NCBI GenBank assembly: GCA_016192035.1
Contig: JACPUW010000032.1
Span: forward strand, 1,450 to 65,449
DNA length: 64,000 nucleotides
Origin: Bacteroidota bacterium
GTDB taxonomy: Bacteria > Bacteroidota > Bacteroidia > CAILMK01 > JACPUW01
Direction of reading: 5' to 3'
Within the stretch, counting starts at the first letter, position 1. Every line of letters starts with the position of its first letter. The notes under the pieces were generated by a model. That model did not search any database. It was not told the origin of the DNA and saw only the letters and a list, made by a program, of their open reading frames with translations. Positions 36,612-46,498 of this stretch are shown piece after piece. The translations under genes were made by a program, and so were the position numbers.

Positions 36612-39600
36612 ATGAAGAGTAGAGGTGCTATACAGGCATTTACCATTGCACTGGCCTTGTCCTGCCTGTTCTATATGTCATTCTCGGTAGTGACCTACAT
36701 GGTAGAACGGAATGCCGATGAGTACGCCGCATCAAAAACCGATGCGGAGGCCGACGTGACCGCCCTAAGGAAACAATACCTCGATTCCATGGCTTCGGTG
36801 GATGTATATAATATAGGTATCACATCATATACCTACAGCGATTGCAAAAAGAACAAGCTTAACCTGGGGCTTGACCTGCAAGGGGGCATGCACGTGACGC
36901 TGGAAGTAGCCCTGGACAAGCTGATAAAAAGGCTAAGCGGCAACCAGGAAAGTGAAACGCTAAAAAAAGCCTTGGAACTGGCGAATGAACGCCAACTCAC
37001 TAGCCAAGAGCCGTATGTGGACCTGTTTTACGATGCCTTTAAGGAAGTAGCTGGCGATGAGAGTCTTTTTAGGGTTTTTGACACCCCTGAAAACCGCGAC
37101 AAGTTTGACCGCGAAAGCGAAAACCGCGATGAGGAAGTATTGAAATTTATAAGGAGCGAGGCGGAACAGGCCGTGCAGCGCACACAGGATATTATCCGGA
37201 CCAGGATAGATGAGTTTGGGGTAACCCAACCTACCATTCGGCAAGAGGGCGCCAGCAGGATTACCATAGAACTGCCAGGCGTGGACGACACCGAACGCGT
37301 GAGGAAACTGCTGAAACGGTCAGCCAAGTTGGAATTTTGGGAAACCTATGGTGCTACCGACATGATTAACAAGCACTTTGTGAGTGTTAACGAGGTTTTG
37401 GCCGCCAAACTGGGCTTGGACGACAAGAAAAAAGATGCCACAGACACCACTGGCACTGCCGATGCTACCGACACTACCGCTGCCAGCACAACTGCCGATA
37501 TAGCATCAACCCCAAATACGGATGAAAAAAGCGATAAGGACGAAACTGCTCCTGTCTTGGAGAAAGAGGGTGATAGCCTGGCTGCCGAAACCGGGGATAG
37601 TGCACAGAGCGATTCGCTTAAAGATGCCGCTGCACAGAAAGAAGCAGCCGCAAAAGTTCCTTTATATCAGAAACTTAGACCACAGGTTGATTTTAATAAC
37701 CAAAACCAGATAATGGAGGGCCCTGTGGTAGGTACTGCCTTTGTGAACGATACGGGCATCATCATGACCTACCTGAATTACCCTGAGGTTAAGGCCGTGC
37801 TGCCCGCCGATGTCAAATTCCTTTGGTCAGTAAATGAAGTACAAGAAGGTTCCAGGGTGTTTAGCCTCTATGCGTTGAAAACCGAAAGGGGCAAAGCCCC
37901 ACTGGATGGGTCGGTAATCACCGATGCATTTCAGAACTATGACCAAATCACGGGGAAACCAGACGTGAACATGAAGATGAACCCGGCCGGTGCCCGTAGG
38001 TGGAAAGCCATGACCGAGGCCAACATAGACAAATGGATAGCCATTTCACTTGACAACAAAGTCTATTCGGCCCCACAGGTAAATTCGGTGATACCCAACG
38101 GTAGCTCGGTTATTCAGGGTGGTTTTAGCATAGAAGAAGCAAAAGATTTGGCCAGTGTGCTCAAAGCCGGCAAACTGCCCGTGACGGTGGACATAGCCGA
38201 AGAAGAAACCGTAGGGCCCACCCTCGGCGCAGAGTCCGTGCGCAACGGGTTGATTTCTCTGGTAATAGGATTTTTATTGGTACTGTTCTTTATGGGCTTT
38301 TACTATAGGAGCAGCGGCCTTGTGGCCAATATTGCCCTGTTTGCCAACCTGTTCTTCATCATAGGCATTTTGTCATCACTCCATGCGGCGCTCACATTAC
38401 CTGGCATGGCAGGTATCGTGCTTACCATAGGCATGGCGGTTGATGCCAACGTGCTCATTTTTGAAAGGATACGTGAAGAGCTAAAAGCAGGCAAAAGCTT
38501 AAAGGCCGCCATAGAAGACGGTTACAGAAATGCCTACTCCTCCATCATAGACTCCAACCTAACCACCTTCCTCACGGGAATTATCCTGTTGATTTTTGGC
38601 AAAGGCCCCATAAGCGGTTTCGCGGTCATACTGGTCATAGGCATTCTTACCTCCCTGTTTTGTGCCATTTTCCTTAGCCGCTTGATTTTTACCTGGATGC
38701 TCGCCAGGGAAAAGCCCATCAGCTTTGGTTCGGAGAAAACTACCAATATGTTGTCAGGGCTCAATTTTGACTTTATGGCCAAGCGCAAGTTGGCGTATAT
38801 CGTTTCGGGGTCGGTAATCGTGATTGGACTTATTTCACTGATGACCCGAGGTCTTAACTTAAGCGTTGATTTTGAAGGCGGTAGAACGTATGTGGTACAA
38901 TTTGATGAAAACACCTCGGTAACAGAGGTTCGAGATCTGCTTACCCCCATTTTTGGTAGTTCACCAGAGGTAAAAACTTATGGCTCACCTTCCAAACACA
39001 AAATAACCACAAAATATAGGATAAACGACAACAACGACAATGTGGACCAAGAGGTACAAGAAGTGCTTCAAACCACACTCGGAGAAAAGTATCCCGATGG
39101 TTTTGTGATAGAGAAAAGCCAAAAGGTAGGCCCCACGTTTGCCCGCGACATTGAAATATCGGCCATTCTTTCCATTCTGGTGGGTCTTATTGGCATCTTT
39201 TTATACATAGTGGTCAGATTTAGAAAATGGCAATATGGGCTGGGCGCCCTGGTGGCCCTGGTGCACGATGTATTGTTGGTAATTGGCTTGTTCTCTTTAC
39301 TATGGGGCGTACTGCCCATAAACCTAGAGGTGGACCAAGCCTTTATTGCCGCCATACTCACCGTGGTGGGTTACTCCATAAACGACACGGTGGTGGTATT
39401 TGACCGCATACGGGAAATGCTCTCTCTGCACCCCAAATCACCCCTGTACGCCACCATTAACACGGCGCTTAACCAAACCATAAGCCGGACGCTTATCACT
39501 TCCCTAACCACCCTGCTTGTGGTTTTGATACTTTTCCTACTTGGAGGTGAAATTATCCGAGGTTTCTCCTTTGCCTTGTTGATAGGCATAACGGTAGGTA

Positions 39601-39671
39601 CCTACTCCTCCCTCTTTATAGCTACGCCCATAGTGGTGGACCTAGACCGCTCAGGGCGCAAAAAGGAATAG
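36612..39671 (+). CDS. secDF: Fused protein-export membrane protein SecD/SecF
   Basis: The 1019-aa ORF has a SecD periplasmic domain and a 6-TM block, followed by a SecF periplasmic domain and a second 6-TM block. It contains an ~80-aa acidic low-complexity insertion at 37420-37655. Confidence 0.9.
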   Translation: MKSRGAIQAFTIALALSCLFYMSFSVVTYMVERNADEYAASKTDAEADVTALRKQYLDSMASVDVYNIGITSYTYSDCKKNKLNLGLDLQGGMHVTLEVALDKLIKRLSGNQESETLKKALELANERQLTSQEPYVDLFYDAFKEVAGDESLFRVFDTPENRDKFDRESENRDEEVLKFIRSEAEQAVQRTQDIIRTRIDEFGVTQPTIRQEGASRITIELPGVDDTERVRKLLKRSAKLEFWETYGATDMINKHFVSVNEVLAAKLGLDDKKKDATDTTGTADATDTTAASTTADIASTPNTDEKSDKDETAPVLEKEGDSLAAETGDSAQSDSLKDAAAQKEAAAKVPLYQKLRPQVDFNNQNQIMEGPVVGTAFVNDTGIIMTYLNYPEVKAVLPADVKFLWSVNEVQEGSRVFSLYALKTERGKAPLDGSVITDAFQNYDQITGKPDVNMKMNPAGARRWKAMTEANIDKWIAISLDNKVYSAPQVNSVIPNGSSVIQGGFSIEEAKDLASVLKAGKLPVTVDIAEEETVGPTLGAESVRNGLISLVIGFLLVLFFMGFYYRSSGLVANIALFANLFFIIGILSSLHAALTLPGMAGIVLTIGMAVDANVLIFERIREELKAGKSLKAAIEDGYRNAYSSIIDSNLTTFLTGIILLIFGKGPISGFAVILVIGILTSLFCAIFLSRLIFTWMLAREKPISFGSEKTTNMLSGLNFDFMAKRKLAYIVSGSVIVIGLISLMTRGLNLSVDFEGGRTYVVQFDENTSVTEVRDLLTPIFGSSPEVKTYGSPSKHKITTKYRINDNNDNVDQEVQEVLQTTLGEKYPDGFVIEKSQKVGPTFARDIEISAILSILVGLIGIFLYIVVRFRKWQYGLGALVALVHDVLLVIGLFSLLWGVLPINLEVDQAFIAAILTVVGYSINDTVVVFDRIREMLSLHPKSPLYATINTALNQTISRTLITSLTTLLVVLILFLLGGEIIRGFSFALLIGITVGTYSSLFIATPIVVDLDRSGRKKE

Positions 39672-39694
39672 TTTTTTGAATTCATGTTGAACCG

Positions 39695-39723
39695 AAGCCC
39701 GGGCAAACCCGGGCTTTTTTTAT
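39695..39723 (+). terminator. Rho-independent terminator downstream of secDF
   Basis: Stem GCCCGGG (39697-39703), loop CAAA, stem CCCGGGC (39708-39714), then an 8-nt T-run. Confidence 0.7.
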
Positions 39724-39724
39724 T

Positions 39725-42508
39725 TTGCCAATCATGAAAGTTGACCTTCTCTTACCGATCACCGCCATGGTGTTTTGCTTGCAAATAGCCTATGGACAAA
39801 AGCCACTTACCATAAATGACTTTAACGCCTGGAAGGAACTCCAGGACATGGCCATTTCCACCGGCGGCAAGCACTTGTGCTACCTTGAAAAACCCCTGGT
39901 GGGCAATGCCCATATTGTGATGCACAACCTGACTGCTGGCACCAACGACACTTTTGAAAATGCGGCAGGGCCAGCCTATACATTCAACGGGAAATTTTTG
40001 GCCGTGACCCGGGTAGCCGATTATGAACAGATACGCAGCCTAAAACTGAAAAAGGAGAAAAAAGAGCTTTTTCCACCAGACTCCCTATTTTTAATCAAAA
40101 CATCAACCTTTGATTATCAATTTATTGACCTGGTAAAAAGCTGGAAGCTACCAGAGACCAATAGCCAATGGATGGCCTATGCCAAGGCTGATATGCTTCC
40201 AAACAAGGGCGATGTAAAGGAAGAGGAAACTGAACCCAAGGCCAAGCCCCTAGCCAAACCCAAAAAACTTGATGGCTGCTTTACGCTGGTACTATACAAT
40301 ATACAAACACAAGAAAAAGAAGAATTTAGCAATGTAAAAACCTATGGTTTTAGCAGCAATGGGCGCATACTGTTTTATCATACCCTGGGCGATAGCGGCC
40401 AAAGTGAGGGTGTGTATGTGTACCGCCCCAATGACGGCAGGCCTACGCGAATGGAGGCCGATGGGAAATCCTTTGCCAGCATCACTTGCGACACCGCAGG
40501 TAGGCATATCGCATTTATGTACGGCCCCAAAAGGCCAAATGCACAGGTCAATCCCTACCGGTTTTTTTTGTACGACCTGGACAAAAGTGAGGTGGTGGCC
40601 GACTTAGATGCCAATATTATGGATCCGGGCTGGACCATGAACCACCTTGGCAAACTGTACTTTAGCGAAAAAGGCCATCGTTGTTTTTTTGGTCTGTCAC
40701 CTGATAGGAGCAGCCTTAAGACCGATACCACATTGCTGGATGAAGAAAGGCCTAAACTGGACGTATGGTCTTACATGGACGGACGGCTACAACCGCAACA
40801 GTTGGTAGAGCTGAAAGATGATGCAAAACAGGCCGTTACCTTTTGTATAGATGTAAAAACCAAGAAAGTGACCCAGATAAACGACCACCCGGCCCATACG
40901 GTGGTGGTTTCCAATAAGGGCGATGGGGACTTCGCGCTTCTTTTTGATCCTTTGCCTTATGAGGTAGAAACCAGTTGGGAATACCCGTGGCCACGGGACG
41001 TCTATTTGAAGAATTTGAACAGTGAATCTTCAACCCTACTCCTTGCCCGTTTCATTGGTTCAGTGGCATTATCGCCCAGTGGCAAATACACCTACTGGTT
41101 TGACCAAGAGTCCGGTACATGGTGGATTATGGACAACAAATCGGGCAAAAAACAGGATGTAAGCCGTTTTAACCCATCCATTTTTGTTGATATAGAAGAC
41201 GATCACCCATCAAAACCTGCAAGCTATGGAAGCGGCGGGTGGGCAGAAGGAGAAAAGTATCTGATCGTCAACGATAAAACCGGTTTTTGGTGCATAGATC
41301 CAGAGGGCAGGCTCCCTGCCCGCCGGGTGGGCAAAAAGCCTGATGGCCGATGGGCATATAGGGTGGAAAAGTGGGATACCGAGTTGCCATACCATGCACT
41401 GTCAAAACCGCTACGAATTAGGGCAGTAAACCATAACACGAAAGAAGAGAAGTACGTAAATCTTGATTGGGGTACCTGGCAGCTTACGGAGTGGAGCCCT
41501 GGCCCCGCAGCAGGCACTACCCCAAGTTTTTTTACCCAGTCGCGCAACGGTGGCACACCCATTTTCAGGATAAAATCATCTACAGATTATCCCGATCTAT
41601 TCACTACCAAGCAGATAAGTTCAGTTAACCCGCAGCAAAAAGATTTTGCTTGGTACAAGGTGGAATTGGTACACTACCTCAACGCCGATGGCGACTCCAT
41701 GATGGGTTTGCTCTACTTGCCCGAATCCCTGGATGCCACAAAGAAATACCCCATGATAGTGTATTTCTATGAGCGAATGTCTGATTACCTACATACCTAT
41801 CAATCGCCAAAGCCTTCATACAGTACCATATCCCGGTCATTTTACTGCAGCAATGGTTATGCGGTATTTGTGCCCGACATACAATACAAGGTGGGCCAGC
41901 CGGGGCCGAGTGCCTTTAACTGCATAGTACCCGGAGTGCTTTCCGTATTGCACCAATACCCATTTATTGACCACGGCCGCATTGGCCTTCAGGGTCAAAG
42001 CTGGGGTGGGTACCAAACAGCTTACCTGATTACCAGGACCGATCTCTTTGCCTGCGGCATGGCAGGTGCCCCGGTGAGCAATATGACCAGCGCCTATGGA
42101 GGCATGCGCTGGGGCAGCGGGCTTCACCGTGCATTTCAGTATGAACATGGGCAGAGCCGCATAGGCGGAACCCTTTGGGAAAAACCGCTTTGGTACCTGG
42201 AAAACTCACCCATTTTCTACGCCGACAGGGTGCAAACGCCCTTGCTCATTATGCACAACGACAAGGACGGGGCAGTGCCATGGTATCAAGGCATAGAGTA
42301 CTTTACGGCACTGCGCCGGTTGGAAAAACCTGTGTGGATGTTGACATACAACGAGGAAGACCACAACCTAACCAAATTGCCAAATAGGATAGACCTAAGC
42401 CATAGGATGTTTGGCTTTTTTAACCACTACCTAAAGGGTGAGCCCATGCCAGTGTGGATGGAGCAGGGTATTCCCGCCATTGACAAAGAGATCAAAAAGG
42501 GGTACTAG
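39725..42508 (+). CDS. S9-family serine peptidase (prolyl oligopeptidase / DPP-like alpha/beta hydrolase)
   Basis: The 927-aa ORF has a signal peptide and a long beta-propeller-like N-terminal region. The C-terminal catalytic domain has the nucleophile motif GQSWGG plus downstream Asp/His (…HNDKDGAVP…EEDHNL…). Confidence 0.75.
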   Translation: MPIMKVDLLLPITAMVFCLQIAYGQKPLTINDFNAWKELQDMAISTGGKHLCYLEKPLVGNAHIVMHNLTAGTNDTFENAAGPAYTFNGKFLAVTRVADYEQIRSLKLKKEKKELFPPDSLFLIKTSTFDYQFIDLVKSWKLPETNSQWMAYAKADMLPNKGDVKEEETEPKAKPLAKPKKLDGCFTLVLYNIQTQEKEEFSNVKTYGFSSNGRILFYHTLGDSGQSEGVYVYRPNDGRPTRMEADGKSFASITCDTAGRHIAFMYGPKRPNAQVNPYRFFLYDLDKSEVVADLDANIMDPGWTMNHLGKLYFSEKGHRCFFGLSPDRSSLKTDTTLLDEERPKLDVWSYMDGRLQPQQLVELKDDAKQAVTFCIDVKTKKVTQINDHPAHTVVVSNKGDGDFALLFDPLPYEVETSWEYPWPRDVYLKNLNSESSTLLLARFIGSVALSPSGKYTYWFDQESGTWWIMDNKSGKKQDVSRFNPSIFVDIEDDHPSKPASYGSGGWAEGEKYLIVNDKTGFWCIDPEGRLPARRVGKKPDGRWAYRVEKWDTELPYHALSKPLRIRAVNHNTKEEKYVNLDWGTWQLTEWSPGPAAGTTPSFFTQSRNGGTPIFRIKSSTDYPDLFTTKQISSVNPQQKDFAWYKVELVHYLNADGDSMMGLLYLPESLDATKKYPMIVYFYERMSDYLHTYQSPKPSYSTISRSFYCSNGYAVFVPDIQYKVGQPGPSAFNCIVPGVLSVLHQYPFIDHGRIGLQGQSWGGYQTAYLITRTDLFACGMAGAPVSNMTSAYGGMRWGSGLHRAFQYEHGQSRIGGTLWEKPLWYLENSPIFYADRVQTPLLIMHNDKDGAVPWYQGIEYFTALRRLEKPVWMLTYNEEDHNLTKLPNRIDLSHRMFGFFNHYLKGEPMPVWMEQGIPAIDKEIKKGY

Positions 42509-42522
42509 TTCACGCAAATCCA

Positions 42523-45500
42523 TCACACTTTTTGCCCAATGGCCTGTACGGCTTCTTGCATCACCCGCGACAAATCTTCCAATTTGGCAGGTTTGCTCAA
42601 CACATTGTTGAACCCTTGACCCTGGAAATACGCCAGGTCCTTATTGAAAATATTTGCGCTAAAAGCTACGATATAAGGCTCTTTTTGAAATTTTTGGGCA
42701 CGTATCTGCCGAGTGGCCTCCAAACCGTCCATTTCAGGCATTAGCAAATCCATAAGTATCACGTCATACCCATTTTCCTGCTGCATGGCCAGCGCTTCCT
42801 TGCCATCAACGGCTATATCAAGCTCAAAGCCAATCTTCTTGAAAATCTTTGAGGTAACCATCTGGTTCACCTTGTTGTCTTCGGCCAACAACACTTTATA
42901 CGAGTGGCCATCACCCCAATTGATGGGTTGGTTGCCTGCGGTATTTGCCCCGTCCAACGTAGATGTGACAGCTACCTTAAACAGCTTTTCAAAATCATCG
43001 CGCCAAATAGGCATGGATAATTGCCTATGTCCGTGAACCAATGGTTGGGTATCCCATTCACTTCCATGGGTGAGCAACACCGTTTCATGCGCTATGGCAT
43101 CCAAACCCTCAGGAAACTCGGTCCGCAGCGTGCGCATATCCACAAAAGCCAGGTCAAATCGGTGTGTATCATTTAGGGCAGACATATCATCCAACGACTC
43201 AGCTTGCCAGCCCCATTCTTTTGCCAAACGCACCAGTTGGGCCGCGTTAGATTTGGCGCTCAAGCCTATAATAATACGCCTTGTTGGAATGGAAACCACC
43301 TCCGGGACGCGTTCTTGGGCCACCAGGGGCAAGGTAACAGTAAAACTTGACCCCACTCCTTCCTCGCTCTTTACCTGCACATTACCGCCCAGAATACCCA
43401 CCATGCTTTTCACAATGGCCAGGCCCAGGCCTGTTCCGCCATACTCTCGGGTCGATGAGTTGTCCACCTGGGTAAATGCTTCCCAAATCTCCAATTGCTT
43501 GGCTTTTGGAATCCCTATCCCAGAGTCGTCCACCCTAAAAACAACTTCGTGCTTGTTACTACCTCTGGCACGGCCAAGCGACACCTCCACATGCACATAC
43601 CCCCTGCGGGTAAATTTAACAGCGTTGGATATTATGTTGTTGAGTACCTGAACAATCCTGGCCCTATCTCCCACGGCGTTCCTGGGTACATTGGGCGCAA
43701 TAAAGCAAGACAACTCCAGGCCTTTTCCAAATGCCCTTGAGGCGTGGCTATTGACGGTAAACTTTACGGCCCCCACTAAATCAAAGCCCTCTTCTACCGC
43801 GTGCAGTTTTCCTGATTCAATTTTTGAATAGTCGAGTATCTCATTGATTATGGCCAGCATATTGTCGCCCGATTCTGAAATTATGCTGAGCTGTTCCTTT
43901 TGTTCATCGGTTAAACCTGTGTGGTCCAATATGCTAACCGAACCCAAAATGCCATTCATCGGCGTCCGTATTTCATGGCTCATGGTGGCCATAAACTCCG
44001 ACTTTGCCTTGTCAGAAGCTAATGCGCGCTCCTTGGCTATTTCCAGTTCTTTATTCTGTTTTTTAAGGATCTCGGTGCGCTTTTCCACCTCCCTTTCCAG
44101 TATCCGGCTACGGGCCTTTTCTTGCCTAAACCGATAAAGGTACACCGTTCCCACGCCACCCAACAACAACAATGTTAATATGATACGAAACCAAGTGGTG
44201 GTATAGAACGGAGGTTTGATTTCAATATTGAGCACAATCTCATTCCTGCTTTCGTTGCCGTGGCTGCCATAAGCCTTTATCCTAAGGGCATATTGCCCGC
44301 TTTGCAGGTTTGAAAAAGTGAGTTCATTCGAATTTCCGAGTGAAACCCAGTCTGCGTTCAGTCCTTCCATTTTGTAGGCATAGCGCACCTTATCGGGCGC
44401 ACCAAACTCCAGTGCGGCAAATGATAGGGAAAAACTATGTTCAAAATACCCCACCTTGAGCGAAGAAATTACCGGAATCTCTAGGTCATTTAAAATTGGT
44501 TTGCCGGCCACCTGTATGGATGTGAGCAACAGTTTGGGCGCGTGGTAGCTGGAAGTGACCTGATTGGGATTGAAAAACACCAAACCTCTCCTTGATGCCA
44601 AAAAAAGGCGTCCATCTAGCAACAAGGCTTTTTGGTTGTCAAACACATCAGATAGCAGGCCGTCATTCTCATAAAAGTTGGCCACGCTCCCATTGGCAGG
44701 ATCTATCATGCTTAGCCCCAAAATGGTGCTCACCCAAAGCCGCCCTGCGCCATCTTGTGCCATGGCCATCACATGGCCATTTGCCAGGCCCTGTAAAAAG
44801 TGCGCTACCGCTACGTATTGGTTGCCTTCCGTTTGTCTAAACTGAAATACCCCTTGGTTCTTGGTGCCTACCCAAAGAAACTTTCCCTGTGCTACCACCG
44901 ATGTTATGCCCTGATACATGCCGGGATCAATATCAGATAGCACCAATGGATCCACGCCTCCCCCTTCGCGGTAGGCAAATAGGCCACCGGTGGTACCCAG
45001 AAAGTGGGCCTTTTGCCCCATGTATGCCGCCAAAACGCCTTCTCCATTGTCCATTAAGCGTGTAGCCAAGCCCGTACCCAGGTCTAGCTTGTCATAACCC
45101 CGGGCAGTGGCAGCGTAGATATACCCATCGGCCAATTGGAGGGATAGAACCCGGTTGTCACTTATTGTCAAATTGTTATCAAGATCGCTAATTATGTTAT
45201 CTATCTCTATGCCCGACTTATTTAGTCGCACAATACCTTGATTGGTGGCTACCCAATAGCCGTCGTTCACTGCCACCATATCATTTATATCATACCGGGC
45301 GTGCAAAAACACGGGGGTTTCTTTGACCTGTACCCTATCCTTAAACTCATAAATTGCGTCATCTACCAACAGATGAATGGATTGGTCATGCGAGAAAAGG
45401 GCCTTGGCAGCATAGTATTTTCTTGAAGGAATGGGCAGAAAATCAAACGGACTAAACACCGATTCTAGGTTGATGTGCATCACCCCGTCGCCGGCGGTTC

Positions 45501-46443
45501 CCATAAAAAGGTTTCCTTCAAGGTCTTGGAACCTACTAGTAAGTCCGGCATAAAACCCTGATGACCCTGAATAGTCCATGCAGCTAATCAGTTCATTGGT
45601 GGTTTTGTTTAGTATCCAGAACACATACCCTTCACTTCCCAGAAGCACATAATCACCCTTAATGGCCACCACTTGTAGGGTGTATTCATTGGGATTAAAC
45701 CCTGGCGGGTCTATCCTGGCAATCTCAAGGGTTGATGATATTTGATAAATGCCATGGTCGGCCACCGCCCAGTATTCCCTTGATGATGCCGTGATATCTT
45801 TTAGGTTCAGTGTTTCGCTCCCAGGCACCAAGGCCATTTGTCCTTGTCCACGGCTCAGGTACAGGCCGTTGCTGGTGCTCAACCAAACTATGCCCATGGG
45901 GTCTTTTACCAAAAAGTGGCAATCGCCCATGTTGGCCAGGGCCGGCTGTGGCACTATGGTATAGTCTTGGGCATTGATCAGTACCACATGGTGGTCGGTT
46001 GCTACGTACACCAATCCATTTGCACTGACAATAGCTTTGATCCGCTGCCCTTGAATTTCCTTAAATAACAAAGATTTGCGCCTGCGTTTCTGAATGTCCA
46101 TTATCAAGAGCTCCCCTTCCGGCCCACCAAGCAAAAGCATCCCATTGTCCAGGGGCGTTATGGCGGTGACATTATCAAAGGTGAGCCCAAAGCTATCGGC
46201 CGTATTTGCCCTAAGCGACACGATGCTGCGGCCATCATATCGGTTGATTCCATCTTCGGTGGCTATCCAGAGAAAACCATCAAGATCCCTAACTATGTCA
46301 TTGATATACCCAGTGGATAAGCCTTGGGCTACATCTATCCTTTCATAGTGAATTTGGCAGGACTGGGTTGTTCCCATTTTAGGAACCAATACCAAAAACA
46401 AAACTGCCGTACAGGCAAAACCGAAACCCAACTTAGCATGCAT
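42523..46443 (-). CDS. Hybrid sensor histidine kinase/response regulator with periplasmic two-propeller + Y_Y_Y sensor
   Basis: The 1306-aa ORF has a signal/TM, then a periplasmic region of about 700 aa, then TM, HisKA (…MSHEIRTPMNGI…), HATPase_c (…DSGIGIP…GGTGLGLAIV…), a degenerate receiver and a C-terminal REC (…VLLAEDN…DVILMDLLMPEMDG…). There is no DNA-binding output domain. Confidence 0.8.
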   Translation of the reverse strand: MHAKLGFGFACTAVLFLVLVPKMGTTQSCQIHYERIDVAQGLSTGYINDIVRDLDGFLWIATEDGINRYDGRSIVSLRANTADSFGLTFDNVTAITPLDNGMLLLGGPEGELLIMDIQKRRRKSLLFKEIQGQRIKAIVSANGLVYVATDHHVVLINAQDYTIVPQPALANMGDCHFLVKDPMGIVWLSTSNGLYLSRGQGQMALVPGSETLNLKDITASSREYWAVADHGIYQISSTLEIARIDPPGFNPNEYTLQVVAIKGDYVLLGSEGYVFWILNKTTNELISCMDYSGSSGFYAGLTSRFQDLEGNLFMGTAGDGVMHINLESVFSPFDFLPIPSRKYYAAKALFSHDQSIHLLVDDAIYEFKDRVQVKETPVFLHARYDINDMVAVNDGYWVATNQGIVRLNKSGIEIDNIISDLDNNLTISDNRVLSLQLADGYIYAATARGYDKLDLGTGLATRLMDNGEGVLAAYMGQKAHFLGTTGGLFAYREGGGVDPLVLSDIDPGMYQGITSVVAQGKFLWVGTKNQGVFQFRQTEGNQYVAVAHFLQGLANGHVMAMAQDGAGRLWVSTILGLSMIDPANGSVANFYENDGLLSDVFDNQKALLLDGRLFLASRRGLVFFNPNQVTSSYHAPKLLLTSIQVAGKPILNDLEIPVISSLKVGYFEHSFSLSFAALEFGAPDKVRYAYKMEGLNADWVSLGNSNELTFSNLQSGQYALRIKAYGSHGNESRNEIVLNIEIKPPFYTTTWFRIILTLLLLGGVGTVYLYRFRQEKARSRILEREVEKRTEILKKQNKELEIAKERALASDKAKSEFMATMSHEIRTPMNGILGSVSILDHTGLTDEQKEQLSIISESGDNMLAIINEILDYSKIESGKLHAVEEGFDLVGAVKFTVNSHASRAFGKGLELSCFIAPNVPRNAVGDRARIVQVLNNIISNAVKFTRRGYVHVEVSLGRARGSNKHEVVFRVDDSGIGIPKAKQLEIWEAFTQVDNSSTREYGGTGLGLAIVKSMVGILGGNVQVKSEEGVGSSFTVTLPLVAQERVPEVVSIPTRRIIIGLSAKSNAAQLVRLAKEWGWQAESLDDMSALNDTHRFDLAFVDMRTLRTEFPEGLDAIAHETVLLTHGSEWDTQPLVHGHRQLSMPIWRDDFEKLFKVAVTSTLDGANTAGNQPINWGDGHSYKVLLAEDNKVNQMVTSKIFKKIGFELDIAVDGKEALAMQQENGYDVILMDLLMPEMDGLEATRQIRAQKFQKEPYIVAFSANIFNKDLAYFQGQGFNNVLSKPAKLEDLSRVMQEAVQAIGQKV

Positions 46444-46498
46444 ATCGAAATCGTTTCATGTTTGGGCAATGGATATAGCCGTGGTAATCGATGCCTTG

